A program made the position numbers and the translations under genes. A stretch of DNA of 64,000 bases from Bacteroidia bacterium (lineage in GTDB: Bacteria > Bacteroidota > Bacteroidia > M30B66), in the NCBI GenBank assembly GCA_965279035.1, contig OZ257142.1:2464001-2528000 (forward strand). The letters are read 5' to 3'. Each line of letters opens with the position of its first letter. The first letter of the stretch is position 1. Positions 32,358 to 42,642 of this stretch are shown piece after piece. Below the pieces are notes generated by a model. That model did not search any database, had not been told where the DNA came from, and saw nothing but the letters and a program-made list of their open reading frames with translations.

Positions 32358-33244
32358 TTTATTTTTGCGTATTTATTGGAATTCGTTGGATCCAATTCAG
32401 CTAGTAAAGCGAGAATCTCTTCCTTTTCTGTTGGTGTAGCTTGTTTATAAATGTTAATTAGCTCATCGGTTTTAGCATTAAAGAAAAGCTGAACATTATA
32501 CGATGAAGGGCGCTGTTTATTTACTGTTTGAATCTTCTTTAATGCTTCTTTGATATTGGTTTTCGCCAAATCCATTTTACTATACATATTATCCATACCC
32601 ATGCGGTTGTACAAATAATTGGCTTCTCGTAAAGGACGATAAATTGAATTCAAATAGTTTTCAGTTAACCAGTAACGATTACGTGGAGGAATATCCGAAG
32701 CCTTCCAGCCTTTTCCACCATCATTTTGAGCATTGATAACCGTTTGTTGTGCTTTTTGCCAGAATTGCGTTCCGCCTTCCAAACTAAAACTGTCGTAATC
32801 CATCGCCAACATGACGTAGGCATAATAGCCTAAAATGCTCGATAAACTAGAAACATAAGCATTGTCTGCAAAATCAATGGGTTGGTACTCTAGATATTTG
32901 AAAGCAATGTCTTGATCGATGAAATTCATCAAAAGTGTTCCAATATTGGCATTGTAGATTGGTCGTCGTAGCTGAATTTGCAAAGTGCCCGACATTTCAT
33001 CTGGTTGAGTGTATTTGTTGATGTTGAAAGTCAAACTGCATTCAATACGTTCGTCGCGTTTGAATTGATCGCTCGTCCATTTACGGTTATTCATAAATTC
33101 CCGAATGGCAGTTTCTAGTGTTGTAAAGATTCGTTTATCGCTTAGTTGAATACTTGGAGATAATACCGAAACCTTGCAATTTAACTCTTGGCTAACACCA
33201 ATCAGTGGAAGAAAAAGACTAACAATAAGAATGAGTTTACGCAT
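32351..33244 (-). CDS. DUF4835 family protein
   Basis: SQELNCKV, FMNNRKWT, DYDSFSLEGG, NRYWL; directly downstream of coaBC. Confidence 0.85.
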   Translation of the reverse strand: MRKLILIVSLFLPLIGVSQELNCKVSVLSPSIQLSDKRIFTTLETAIREFMNNRKWTSDQFKRDERIECSLTFNINKYTQPDEMSGTLQIQLRRPIYNANIGTLLMNFIDQDIAFKYLEYQPIDFADNAYVSSLSSILGYYAYVMLAMDYDSFSLEGGTQFWQKAQQTVINAQNDGGKGWKASDIPPRNRYWLTENYLNSIYRPLREANYLYNRMGMDNMYSKMDLAKTNIKEALKKIQTVNKQRPSSYNVQLFFNAKTDELINIYKQATPTEKEEILALLAELDPTNSNKYAKINQ

Positions 33245-34442
33245 GTAACATCAGTTCGTTAAGATGATCAGCAATTTCACGAGCCGCCTCCGATTTAGAT
33301 CGTTGTTCGAATGCCTTCCAATTTCCTTCGGAAGTATATATTTCGATTTGATTTTTATCACTACCAAACACAGCATTCTCAGGAGAAAGTATGTTCAATA
33401 CAATAAAATCGAGATGCTTGTTCTTTAATTTCTTTTCTGCTTGAATTCTACCTTCTGAGGTTTCTAAAGCAAAACCAGCTAAGATTTGTCCTGGCTGTTT
33501 TAAATCGCCAAGTTTAGCTAGAATGTCTTTTGTGGGTTCTAATTGTAAAAGTAATTCTGCTTCCGACTTTTTTATTTTACCCTCTTTCTGGACAGATGGT
33601 TTATAATCGGCAACAGCTGCAGTAAGAATTGCAGCATCACAATTGGAGAAACGTTTGACTGTTTCATTATACATTTCCTCTGCAGTTATTACTGAAATAA
33701 CTTCAATGCTAGGATTCGTTGCTTTGAGCTGAACTGGCCCAGAAACCAATTCTACTTTCGCTCCGCGTGATGCTAATTCTTCTGCCAAAGCATATCCCAT
33801 TTTCCCCGATGAATGATTGGAAATGAAACGAACAGCATCGATTGATTCTTGTGTTGGTCCTGCAGTTAGCAGAATTTTTTTTCCAAACATCAAGCGATAA
33901 TGAGCAAAATGCGATTGCAAACTGGCAACAATATCTTCGGGTTCCGACATACGACCTTCACCAATTAATCCACTGGCAAGTTCACCCGAAGCTGGCTCAA
34001 TTATAAAGTTCCCGAATTCCTTTAATTTTTGAATGTTCGATTGTGTGGAAGGATGTTTCCACATATCCACATCCATTGCAGGTGCGAAAAATACCGGACA
34101 TCGAGCAGAAAGATACACTGCTGAAAGCAAATTGGGACAAAGTCCGTTTGCACAATGTCCAAGTGTATTGGCACTTGCTGGAGCGATGATAAATGCATCA
34201 GCCCAAAGTCCCAATTCTACATGATTCACCCATTCTCCTTGTGAACCAATTGTAAAACTGGAGTTCACCGGATTTCTCGAAAGAGTATGAAGAGTAAGTG
34301 GAGTAATAAAGTCGCGCGCCGATTCGGTCATCACCACACGGACTTCCGCCCCGGCTTTCACCAGGAGACGAGTGAGAGCGGCACTTTTATATGCAGCAAT
34401 GCTACCCGTTACGCCCAGGATGATCTTTTTCCGAAAAAGCAT
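33237..34442 (-). CDS. coaBC: Bifunctional phosphopantothenoylcysteine decarboxylase/synthetase
   Basis: GSIAAYK, APAMD, TAGPT.E.ID.VRFISN.SSGKMG, GFALET. Confidence 0.96.
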   Translation of the reverse strand: MLFRKKIILGVTGSIAAYKSAALTRLLVKAGAEVRVVMTESARDFITPLTLHTLSRNPVNSSFTIGSQGEWVNHVELGLWADAFIIAPASANTLGHCANGLCPNLLSAVYLSARCPVFFAPAMDVDMWKHPSTQSNIQKLKEFGNFIIEPASGELASGLIGEGRMSEPEDIVASLQSHFAHYRLMFGKKILLTAGPTQESIDAVRFISNHSSGKMGYALAEELASRGAKVELVSGPVQLKATNPSIEVISVITAEEMYNETVKRFSNCDAAILTAAVADYKPSVQKEGKIKKSEAELLLQLEPTKDILAKLGDLKQPGQILAGFALETSEGRIQAEKKLKNKHLDFIVLNILSPENAVFGSDKNQIEIYTSEGNWKAFEQRSKSEAAREIADHLNELMLHA

Positions 34443-34451
34443 GCAGGACGC

Positions 34452-34772
34452 TTATTTCTCTTCAGTCGCCTCGTTAGCACGACTGCGGTGATATACTTTT
34501 CCTTCTTGATATTCATTGATAGCTATCAAAGAAGGTTTAGGTTGACGTTCGTAATATTTTGAAATTTCGATTTGCTCACGGTTTTCGAAAATTTCTTCCA
34601 AATTATCGCTTGAAGTTGCAAACTCAGAAAGTTTTGCATTCAACTCTTCTTTCACGTTCAAACCAATTTGGTTAGCACGTTTTGCGATGATGGCAATGGA
34701 TTCGTAAATGTTTCCTGTTGTTCCTTCTAAGTTACGAAGGTCGCGGGTTACAGTGGTGTTTTCTACAGCCAT
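34452..34772 (-). CDS. rpoZ: RNA polymerase omega subunit (Bacteroidota type)
   Basis: TGNIYESIAIIAKRANQI, ENREQIEISKYYE..PKP. Confidence 0.9.
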   Translation of the reverse strand: MAVENTTVTRDLRNLEGTTGNIYESIAIIAKRANQIGLNVKEELNAKLSEFATSSDNLEEIFENREQIEISKYYERQPKPSLIAINEYQEGKVYHRSRANEATEEK

Positions 34773-34795
34773 AGTGGGTGTTCCTTGGGAACGTT

Positions 34796-35608
34796 TTAGT
34801 TCGTTGGTTTATATTGGGCAAATCGCTCTTTGGCTTTCGAATGAATCGATTCTGCCTCTTTTGCGTATTTTCCGGTTGCAAATTTATCAATAAAAGTGAA
34901 ATAGGCGTCAATTGTACTTTTGTATCGCTCATACTTTTTTGAATCGATACTGTTTTCGGCCAATTCGTAGTTCGATTTACAAATCAAAAACAGCAATTCC
35001 TCTTTATATGTAGTCATCGGAAAGTCTTTTATTGTATTCTGCATGGCGATAATTGCCGCTTTGTAATCCGACATCTTATAATAGAGCATCGCCGTTTCAT
35101 AGGCTTTGATTTCGAGTTTCGCACGGAGTTTATCAATCAAGGTATTGCATTCTTCAATGCGAGTGCTGTTTGGATATTGATTGATAAAAAGCTGCAATTC
35201 CTCTATGGCTCTATAGCTATTCGACTGATCCAATGAGGGGGCTGGTGAACCGAGATAATAGCAATACGCATTCATGTAGGCCATTTCCTCGGTGCGTTTA
35301 CTTGATGGATAGGTTTTAGCAAACTGAGCAAAGTGATAACTCGCACTGATTAAATCATCTAAGTAATAATTACAGTAACAGTAATAGTAATAAATATCTT
35401 CCGCTTCAGAGGTTCCTCGTTTAACGCTCACCAGTTCTTCCAACAAGGGATACGCTTTTTGATAGTCTTTTTTATCGTAAAGTTTTTTAGCCAACTCATA
35501 CTTGCGAGCATAGTCATTGCTTTTCAGAACTTTCTGATAATCACTACATGACGTGCTAATTATGCAGGTAAAAAGGAGGATAAAAATTGGATTCTTCAAA
35601 AATTTCAT
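34796..35608 (-). CDS. bamD: Outer membrane protein assembly factor BamD
   Basis: Lipobox STSC, TPR repeats, LDQS...AIEELQLFINQYPNS. Confidence 0.92.
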   Translation of the reverse strand: MKFLKNPIFILLFTCIISTSCSDYQKVLKSNDYARKYELAKKLYDKKDYQKAYPLLEELVSVKRGTSEAEDIYYYYCYCNYYLDDLISASYHFAQFAKTYPSSKRTEEMAYMNAYCYYLGSPAPSLDQSNSYRAIEELQLFINQYPNSTRIEECNTLIDKLRAKLEIKAYETAMLYYKMSDYKAAIIAMQNTIKDFPMTTYKEELLFLICKSNYELAENSIDSKKYERYKSTIDAYFTFIDKFATGKYAKEAESIHSKAKERFAQYKPTN

Positions 35609-35681
35609 GGTGCAAAAATACAGAAAGGGTTGTTGACAAACGGATGTTCGTGACTTTTCCTATGTGAGACCTTAATTTTCT

Positions 35682-35689
35682 TAATTTTG
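35682..35689 (+). promoter_or_regulatory. -7 promoter element TAATTTTG
   Basis: Matches TAnnTTTG 28 nt before ATG 35718. Confidence 0.6.
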
Positions 35690-35717
35690 CGGGCGAATTG
35701 CTTAACACGCTCCCATC

Positions 35718-36959
35718 ATGGACTTATTTGAAAAGCTAAAGTTGAATCCAGGTCCGCTAGGATCTTATGCAAAAGAAGTACACGGATATTTTACCTTCCC
35801 AAAGTTGGAAGGAGAAATTGGACCACGGATGATTTTCCGCGGAAAAGAACGACTCAATTGGAGTCTGAATAATTATTTAGGATTAGCGAATCATCCTGAA
35901 GTTCGTAAAGCGGATGCTGAAGGTGCTATTCAATATGGAGCAGCTTTACCTATGGGTGCTCGTATGATGTCGGGAAATACCGATTTACACGAACAACTTG
36001 AGCGTGAATTGGCTGACTTTGAAAAGAAAGAAGATGCTATTTTGGTAAACTACGGTTATCAAGGTATCATGTCGGCAATTGATGCTTTAGTAGATCGTCA
36101 CGATGTGATTGTTTACGATTCCGAATCGCATGCATGTATTATTGATGGTGTTCGTTTGCATATGGGTAAACGTTATGTGTATCCTCATAACGACATTAGT
36201 AATTTAGAAACTCAATTGGAACGTGCTACGAAATTGGTAGCTGAATCGAACGGAGCTATTTTGGTTATTACCGAAGGAGTTTTCGGAATGAGTGGTGATC
36301 AAGGGAAATTGAAGGAGATAGTTGAGTTAAAGAAAAAATTTCAGTTTCGCTTATTGGTTGATGATGCTCACGGATTTGGAACAATGGGCAAAACAGGTGC
36401 TGGTACTTCCGAAGAACAAGATTGTATGGATGGTGTGGATTTATACTTTGGAACTTTCGCTAAATCCATGGCTTTAATTGGAGGATTTATTGCCGGTGAA
36501 AAAGAAGTGATTGAGTATTTACGCTACAATATGCGTTCTCAAATTTTTGCGAAAGCCTTGCCAATGCCATTGGTTGTTGGTTCATTAAAGCGTTTGCAAT
36601 TATTACGTACTCAACCCGAATTGAAAGATAATCTTTGGAAAATCACTAATGCACTTCAAGGCAAACTTCGTTCTGAAGGTTTTGAAATTGGCAAAACACA
36701 ATCGCCTGTTACACCAGTATTCTTGAATGGTTCAATTCCTGAAGCAGCTAATTTGATTTTCGATTTACGCGAAAACTTCAATATTTTCTGCTCTATGGTT
36801 GTTTATCCAGTTGTACCGAAAGGAGTGATCATGTTGAGACTCATTCCAACAGCTGTTCATACGCTTGAAGATGTAGATTACACAATTAAAGCATTCTCTA
36901 GCATTAAAGACAAATTGAAAGCCGGTCATTATGAACGAGCAATGGAGAAAGTGATTTAA
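35718..36959 (+). CDS. PLP-dependent alpha-oxoamine synthase, probable cysteate acyltransferase (sulfonolipid/capnine synthesis)
   Basis: NNYLGL, HACIIDG, DDAHG, GTFAKS. YPKLEG-like N-terminus (FPKLEG), PMGARMMSG and SQIFAKALP match the CapB/SulA subgroup as recalled. Confidence 0.8.
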   Translation: MDLFEKLKLNPGPLGSYAKEVHGYFTFPKLEGEIGPRMIFRGKERLNWSLNNYLGLANHPEVRKADAEGAIQYGAALPMGARMMSGNTDLHEQLERELADFEKKEDAILVNYGYQGIMSAIDALVDRHDVIVYDSESHACIIDGVRLHMGKRYVYPHNDISNLETQLERATKLVAESNGAILVITEGVFGMSGDQGKLKEIVELKKKFQFRLLVDDAHGFGTMGKTGAGTSEEQDCMDGVDLYFGTFAKSMALIGGFIAGEKEVIEYLRYNMRSQIFAKALPMPLVVGSLKRLQLLRTQPELKDNLWKITNALQGKLRSEGFEIGKTQSPVTPVFLNGSIPEAANLIFDLRENFNIFCSMVVYPVVPKGVIMLRLIPTAVHTLEDVDYTIKAFSSIKDKLKAGHYERAMEKVI

Positions 36960-36979
36960 TACTTTATTCTATAAAATTG

Positions 36980-37014
36980 AAAGCCTCGAGAATAGTGATT
37001 TTCGGGGCTTTTTT
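36980..37014 (+). terminator. Intrinsic terminator
   Basis: AAAGCCTCGAGAAT-agtg-ATTTTCGGGGCTTTTTT. Confidence 0.8.
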
Positions 37015-37166
37015 ATTTTACATGTTGATTTATATTCGATATATAAATGCAAAAGCTTTTCACCCGTAATGAATTAAATCATTTATATAGGTTATAAATT
37101 CACAAACACGATCATTCCTAAATTCAATGAAATTTGCTCATTATTCACTGTTTTTAAATAATTCCA

Positions 37167-37520
37167 ATGGATAACTATCGAAAACTGTTGCTGATCTTGA
37201 TGATTTCATTTTTTATTTCATGCAATAAAAATGAAGAGAAGCAAACGATTCCTGTTTCTATTCACTATTTCCCTATAGTCAAATCGATTATGCAAGCTAA
37301 ATGCAATTCATGTCATTTGTCTTCTGGAACATGGGCTGGGCAACCTGTTTCTTTCGATACAGATTCTTCCATTTCTGCAAGTAGTTTAATTATAAAAAAT
37401 GCTGTAGTAGGACCATTTTCACAATTCAATAAAAAGATGCCTCAAGATGATTCACTTTCAACAAATGAAATTCAAGCGATTGATTCTTGGCAATCGAAAG
37501 GAGGAAATATAACGGATTAA
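37167..37520 (+). CDS. Small lipoprotein with c-type heme motif
   Basis: Lipobox FISC, CNSCH, KMP, L...EI..I..W...G. Confidence 0.75.
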   Translation: MDNYRKLLLILMISFFISCNKNEEKQTIPVSIHYFPIVKSIMQAKCNSCHLSSGTWAGQPVSFDTDSSISASSLIIKNAVVGPFSQFNKKMPQDDSLSTNEIQAIDSWQSKGGNITD

Positions 37521-37553
37521 GATTAATTTAAAAATGACAGTAGATAATTTCAT

Positions 37554-38531
37554 TTAAAAATTATCCAGTAATAATTCATAATCCTGAAATAATTCAGTTG
37601 GATTTTCAATTTTGTTTTGGGAAAGCGGAATTCTTATGAAAATGGTAGAATAAATCCCAGGTTTTGTTTTATAATTTAGAGGATTAGCCCAAGAATCGTC
37701 ATCGAAACGGAGTTTTGCCTTACCACAAATACCTGCTTCAAAACCAATTATTCCATTTTTTAAAATCCTTCGTCCATAACGAAATCCCAAGACCGATTGT
37801 CTTAATTTCATTTGCATCTGATCGCCTGTAAATGAAGCTAATGGAGATCCTATTGCATTCCTCACCCCTATTGGATGAAATGCAATTGTATAAATACTTC
37901 TAGTTGTTTTATATTGATAACTCATTAAGAATGGCAAAACAAATCGAATAGTTTGGTGCGAGTCGACCTTCCAATTAAATCCAAGTAATGGGAATAAAAT
38001 TCCATTTCCATAGACATAGGAATATGAAATACCGATATTCCACTTCCATTTTTTGGAGTTTAATCTTGAATACATGAGTGAACCTGAATATTTGGGATTA
38101 TTTAATGACCATATTTTATCATCCGTTTGAATAAGTAATCGGTTGCTAAATACAAAATAACCATGCAACCTCTTATTATCGAAATAAACAGTTCTTAAAC
38201 TCAATGAACTCGTTAATAAAATCCGTTTTGAATTTTGATCAAAAAAACGAACAGGTTGAATGACTTGTCGAACATTTCCTCGAAAAGAAATAAGACCTGT
38301 ATCTAACTTGATTTTCCCAAGATCAAAATCGAGTTCAACTTGATTGGATTGAATAGAAAACGCATCTGTTGTGTCGATGTATTTTCTGGTTGAAAAGAAA
38401 GTAGATTGAAGTTTTAAGTTAAATGGTTGTTTAAAGTCTGATTGTGAACTAAGCTTTAAAACACACAGAATAAATAGTAAGATGAAATAGCAATTCCGAG
38501 GTAAGATCATGTTGAGTAGAGTTCGTTTCAT
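37554..38531 (-). CDS. Putative outer-membrane beta-barrel protein (DUF6268-like)
   Basis: Signal peptide, amphipathic strands, W.IGISY...G....PLLGFNW. Confidence 0.55.
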   Translation of the reverse strand: MKRTLLNMILPRNCYFILLFILCVLKLSSQSDFKQPFNLKLQSTFFSTRKYIDTTDAFSIQSNQVELDFDLGKIKLDTGLISFRGNVRQVIQPVRFFDQNSKRILLTSSLSLRTVYFDNKRLHGYFVFSNRLLIQTDDKIWSLNNPKYSGSLMYSRLNSKKWKWNIGISYSYVYGNGILFPLLGFNWKVDSHQTIRFVLPFLMSYQYKTTRSIYTIAFHPIGVRNAIGSPLASFTGDQMQMKLRQSVLGFRYGRRILKNGIIGFEAGICGKAKLRFDDDSWANPLNYKTKPGIYSTIFIRIPLSQNKIENPTELFQDYELLLDNF

Positions 38532-38600
38532 TCAGTTCGTTTAAAATCAGACTAAATCAATGATTGAATCAAGCTTACACTTTTATGTATCTTCGTTGCC

Positions 38601-39980
38601 ATGGCATGGGTGCTATTTATTTTTTTCTTAGGATTTTTTCTATTTCTTATTTTAAAGATGCCCTTTTTTTCTAAAAGTGGCATTCGACCTATTCCTCTGT
38701 TTATTGCTTATTTATTGAAAGTCCTTGCAGGAATTGGATTAACATTAATCTATACGTATTACTATCCAGATCGAAGCACAGCAGATATTTATAAATATTT
38801 TGATGATGCACGAGTGATTTCTTCAGCATTACCGGAGCATCCAGAAATTTATTTTAAACTAATTGTTGGAGTTCAAGAAAATAATCCAACACTCGAACCC
38901 TATATTTCTAAAATGCACAATTGGTCCCTACATAGTGATCAATGGTTTGAATATACACAAACTCGCGATTTTAATTTATTTAGTTCCAATCGCATAATAA
39001 CTCGCTTTAATGCTTTGATATTTCCATTAAGCCAAGGAAACATATTTACACATGTTTTATTTATGTGCTTTCTTTCATTTACTGGTTTAATGGCGCTTTA
39101 TCGATTATTATCAAGCCAAGATTCCTCGAAAAAAATAGGATTGTTTCTTGTAATTTTCCTTTGGCCTTCAGTGATGCTTTGGTCTTCTGGAGTTTTGAAA
39201 GATGGAATGATAATAGCCGTTTTTTATCTAATGATTTATTTGATTCATAAGATTATCCAAAATAAAGAAAATAGCTATTTGCAAATTCCTGTTGTTTTGA
39301 TTTTTATTTTGATCTTACTTATCACCAAATATTATGTTGTATTGGCCTGTATTCCAGCATTCATTGCATTATTTATAAATCGATTTCGACCATCAATAAG
39401 CCCGTTTCGAATGCAGCTACTTGCATTAGGAATTTGCTTGATTACTCTATTAAAACTTTCCTACTCTGGTTTTGAACCAAATGCAATTTCTATTTTACAT
39501 GATAAACGGGAAGAAGCGTTAAAGGCAGCAATTTTAGGGAATGCAAAACACAATTTATTTGTCGACAATGCTGATATAGGTATTCTTGGATTTATTCAAA
39601 AAACACCAGAAGCTTTAACAACAGGATTATTTCGCCCATTTATTTGGGAAACAGGAAATTCACCATTTATTTTCTTGAGTGCAGTAGAAAACGTATTGTT
39701 GTTCCTATTAGTTTTAACAACCCTGTTTTACAGAGATCGAAATTTGAATTACCCAAAAACTGTTTTTGTTTGGTTTTTTATTTCGTTTAGTCTCTGTCTT
39801 GCTTTTATCATAGGATACACAACTCCTGTAAGTGGAGGAATTGTTCGCTATAAAACTGCATTTTTACCTGCTTTATGTAGTAGTTTGATTTTAATTTCAG
39901 ATATTAAAAAAATACCTGTACTAAAACGAATTAAAAATCAATTCATTCAAAAACTAGAAACATTCCTATTTATTAATTAA
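38601..39980 (+). CDS. Polytopic membrane protein, GT-C/Wzy-like
   Basis: About 11 TM segments, AD..KYF, PS..LWSSG.LKD, FRPF.WE, G.IVRYK. Confidence 0.6.
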   Translation: MAWVLFIFFLGFFLFLILKMPFFSKSGIRPIPLFIAYLLKVLAGIGLTLIYTYYYPDRSTADIYKYFDDARVISSALPEHPEIYFKLIVGVQENNPTLEPYISKMHNWSLHSDQWFEYTQTRDFNLFSSNRIITRFNALIFPLSQGNIFTHVLFMCFLSFTGLMALYRLLSSQDSSKKIGLFLVIFLWPSVMLWSSGVLKDGMIIAVFYLMIYLIHKIIQNKENSYLQIPVVLIFILILLITKYYVVLACIPAFIALFINRFRPSISPFRMQLLALGICLITLLKLSYSGFEPNAISILHDKREEALKAAILGNAKHNLFVDNADIGILGFIQKTPEALTTGLFRPFIWETGNSPFIFLSAVENVLLFLLVLTTLFYRDRNLNYPKTVFVWFFISFSLCLAFIIGYTTPVSGGIVRYKTAFLPALCSSLILISDIKKIPVLKRIKNQFIQKLETFLFIN

Positions 39981-40812
39981 ACAATGTGGAGTTAATTCCT
40001 CTCTCAGACTCCCATTTTCTAATTGCTTGGATTGATGTTTTCACCTTCAGTTTCTTTAGAATATTCCTACGGTAAATTTTAACTGTTTGAATTTGCAAAT
40101 TAAGAGCTTCACCAATTTCTTTTGATGATAAGCCTTTAGCAATAAGGGCTAATGTTTCGTTTTCTCGTGGCGACAAGGTTGCAATTAAGTCATTTGAATT
40201 GGTATCAGGCAAGATTTCTTTTGTCTTAGTACCATTAGTAAAATAACCTGCAACACGTTGAACTGATTGATTATCTGGCAAACAAACAACAGTACCAAAA
40301 TCTATTAATTGTTCATTTTCTCCATTCTGAACGAGTTTGTTCATTTGAATGCACCAAGAATATTTCCCATCTGCCAATTTAATCCGATAGAAAACTTTAA
40401 AGGAAATTTGCTCCCAATCCTCTTTAAATACATTCAATAAATGAGTGCCTGCTTTTTTAATGATTTGTAATACATTCAAATAATCGTCGGGGTGAATAAT
40501 CGACTCAAGAATTTGAATATTACTGTTTAAAAATTGTGTCTTTTCAATTCCAACAAGTTCAGCTAAAGCATTATTTACATATAAATAATTTGAATTACTA
40601 TAATCAATCACATAAACACCAATCTTCAATTCATCAAATAACTGTAATTCGAATGAAGAGGATAAAATAAATTTTTTTGTATTTCCATTTAAATGAATAC
40701 GCCTTAACAATTTGCTAAGTTGTTTTAGCAATTTGAATTTTGACTCTACTTTTTCTGTATTCTCGGATTGCTCGTTATTCAATACAAACATGTACTCTTG
40801 ATTGAAAATCAA
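39973..40812 (-). CDS. PAS-domain LuxR family regulator (start may be ATG 40791)
   Basis: IHPDD PAS motif; LSPRE...L.LIAKGLSSKEI...TVK.YRRNILKKL. Confidence 0.9.
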   Translation of the reverse strand: MIFNQEYMFVLNNEQSENTEKVESKFKLLKQLSKLLRRIHLNGNTKKFILSSSFELQLFDELKIGVYVIDYSNSNYLYVNNALAELVGIEKTQFLNSNIQILESIIHPDDYLNVLQIIKKAGTHLLNVFKEDWEQISFKVFYRIKLADGKYSWCIQMNKLVQNGENEQLIDFGTVVCLPDNQSVQRVAGYFTNGTKTKEILPDTNSNDLIATLSPRENETLALIAKGLSSKEIGEALNLQIQTVKIYRRNILKKLKVKTSIQAIRKWESERGINSTLFN

Positions 40813-40902
40813 AGCAATTTAAGGGTATCAATTTTAATAAGCCCTCACCCAAAAGGTGTATTTTTCAATTCTTAACAATTGATAAATGCAACAATCTGGA
40901 CA

Positions 40903-42288
40903 CTATAATGACTTCAATTCGTTCGCAAGAGCTGTCAATACACTTTTTGCATCTCCAAACAACATACTTGTTTTGGGATTGTAAAATAACTGATTGTCGA
41001 TACCTGCGTAACCTGCATTCATTGAACGTTTGTTTACAATGATATGGGTAGCATTTTCAACTTCCAAAATAGGCATCCCAAAAATAGGACTTGAAGGATC
41101 TGTTTTAGCAGCAGGATTAACAACATCATTAGCACCAACAACCAAAACCACATCAGTTGAAGCAAATTCAGGATTCACTTCTTCCATTTCGGATAGTTTC
41201 CCGTAATCAACACTAGATTCGGCAAGCAATACGTTCATGTGTCCTGGCATACGTCCAGCAACTGGGTGAATGGCATATTTCACTTCAACACCACGTGATT
41301 CTAAAATGAGTTCTATTTCATGAATCACATGTTGTGCTTGTGCTACTGCTAATCCGTAACCAGGAACGATGATTACTTTTTTAGAATAATTCATCAATAC
41401 AGCTAAGTCAGCTACTTGAATATCTTTAACCGTTCCGCCTTCGGCTGATGCACCTGCACTTGCAGTACCTCCACCAAATGCTCCAAAAATAACATTGCTT
41501 AATGGACGGTTCATGGCTTTACACATAATAACTGTAAGCAATGTACCAGCTGAACCAACCAAAATACCACCAGTGAGCATGGCTTTATTTCCATAAAGGA
41601 ATCCGCCGAATGCTGCAGCTAAACCAGTAAATGAATTCAACAATGAAATCACCACTGGCATATCGGCACCACCAATTGGAACCACGAAAAGCACTCCGTA
41701 CAAAAGTGAAAGTGCTAATAATAAATACATGAAAGCGGTAGTATTCAAATCACCATTAATGACCATCATTGCTCCTAATCCAAGAGTAATGATCATCAAA
41801 ATGGTATTGATGATATTGTAAGAAGGAATTCGAATAGCTTTATTCATTGTTCCATTCAATTTCAAGAAGGCAATCATACTTCCCGAAAACGAAACAGAAC
41901 CGATAATTAATCCAGCTAAAACAGGAATCAAAGCAGCAGTATCATGCGATAAATGCGGATACTCGATTAATGAAATCAAAGCAGCACAAGCACCACCCAT
42001 TCCATTAAAAAGTGAAACGAGTTCGGGCATTTTGGTCATAGCTACTTTACGAGCAGTAACCCAACCAGCAATGGTTCCAATGATAATCGCCAAAGCAATT
42101 AAACCATATATAATTCCGGGAACTTCTCCTTCGTGTAATAGAATAGTTCCGAAAATGGCTGTTGTCATTCCTGCCGCGCCAATCAAGTTTCCTTTGCGAG
42201 CAGTTTTGGGATTGCCCATCATCTTTAATCCAATGACGAAAGTCACAGATGCAATCAGATAGCAGATTTCGAGTAGAGATAAATTCAT
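40903..42288 (-). CDS. pntB: NAD(P) transhydrogenase subunit beta
   Basis: MPELV, GGADMPVVIS.LNS, PVAGRMPGHMNVLLAE, GANDVVNP. Confidence 0.97.
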   Translation of the reverse strand: MNLSLLEICYLIASVTFVIGLKMMGNPKTARKGNLIGAAGMTTAIFGTILLHEGEVPGIIYGLIALAIIIGTIAGWVTARKVAMTKMPELVSLFNGMGGACAALISLIEYPHLSHDTAALIPVLAGLIIGSVSFSGSMIAFLKLNGTMNKAIRIPSYNIINTILMIITLGLGAMMVINGDLNTTAFMYLLLALSLLYGVLFVVPIGGADMPVVISLLNSFTGLAAAFGGFLYGNKAMLTGGILVGSAGTLLTVIMCKAMNRPLSNVIFGAFGGGTASAGASAEGGTVKDIQVADLAVLMNYSKKVIIVPGYGLAVAQAQHVIHEIELILESRGVEVKYAIHPVAGRMPGHMNVLLAESSVDYGKLSEMEEVNPEFASTDVVLVVGANDVVNPAAKTDPSSPIFGMPILEVENATHIIVNKRSMNAGYAGIDNQLFYNPKTSMLFGDAKSVLTALANELKSL

Positions 42289-42300
42289 GGTTCGTTCCCC

Positions 42301-42609
42301 TTATTTCTTTTTCTTAAACATTTCGAGCATGCGATCGGTCACAACAAAACCACCAACCACATTGAGTGTTCCAAGCAAAACAGCTAAAAAGCCTAATGCT
42401 AGTGAAACATAATCGTCGGATGCTAAATTGAGCATCACGTAAATTGCTCCAACAATAACAACTCCGTGTATCGCATTGGCGCCCGACATTAAAGGTGTAT
42501 GCAAAACCGTTGGTACATGACCAATTACTTCTACCCCAACAAATATGGAGAGGATGATGAAGTAAATCATGTCTATATTTTCCTGTATAAAGGCCAGAAT
42601 ATTTTCCAT
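42301..42609 (-). CDS. pntAb: NAD(P) transhydrogenase subunit alpha, part 2
   Basis: VP..LHTPLMSGANAI, NVVGGFVVTDRML.MF. Confidence 0.95.
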   Translation of the reverse strand: MENILAFIQENIDMIYFIILSIFVGVEVIGHVPTVLHTPLMSGANAIHGVVIVGAIYVMLNLASDDYVSLALGFLAVLLGTLNVVGGFVVTDRMLEMFKKKK

Positions 42610-42642
42610 TTTGATTTGATTAAAAAATTCAGAATTACTCTC

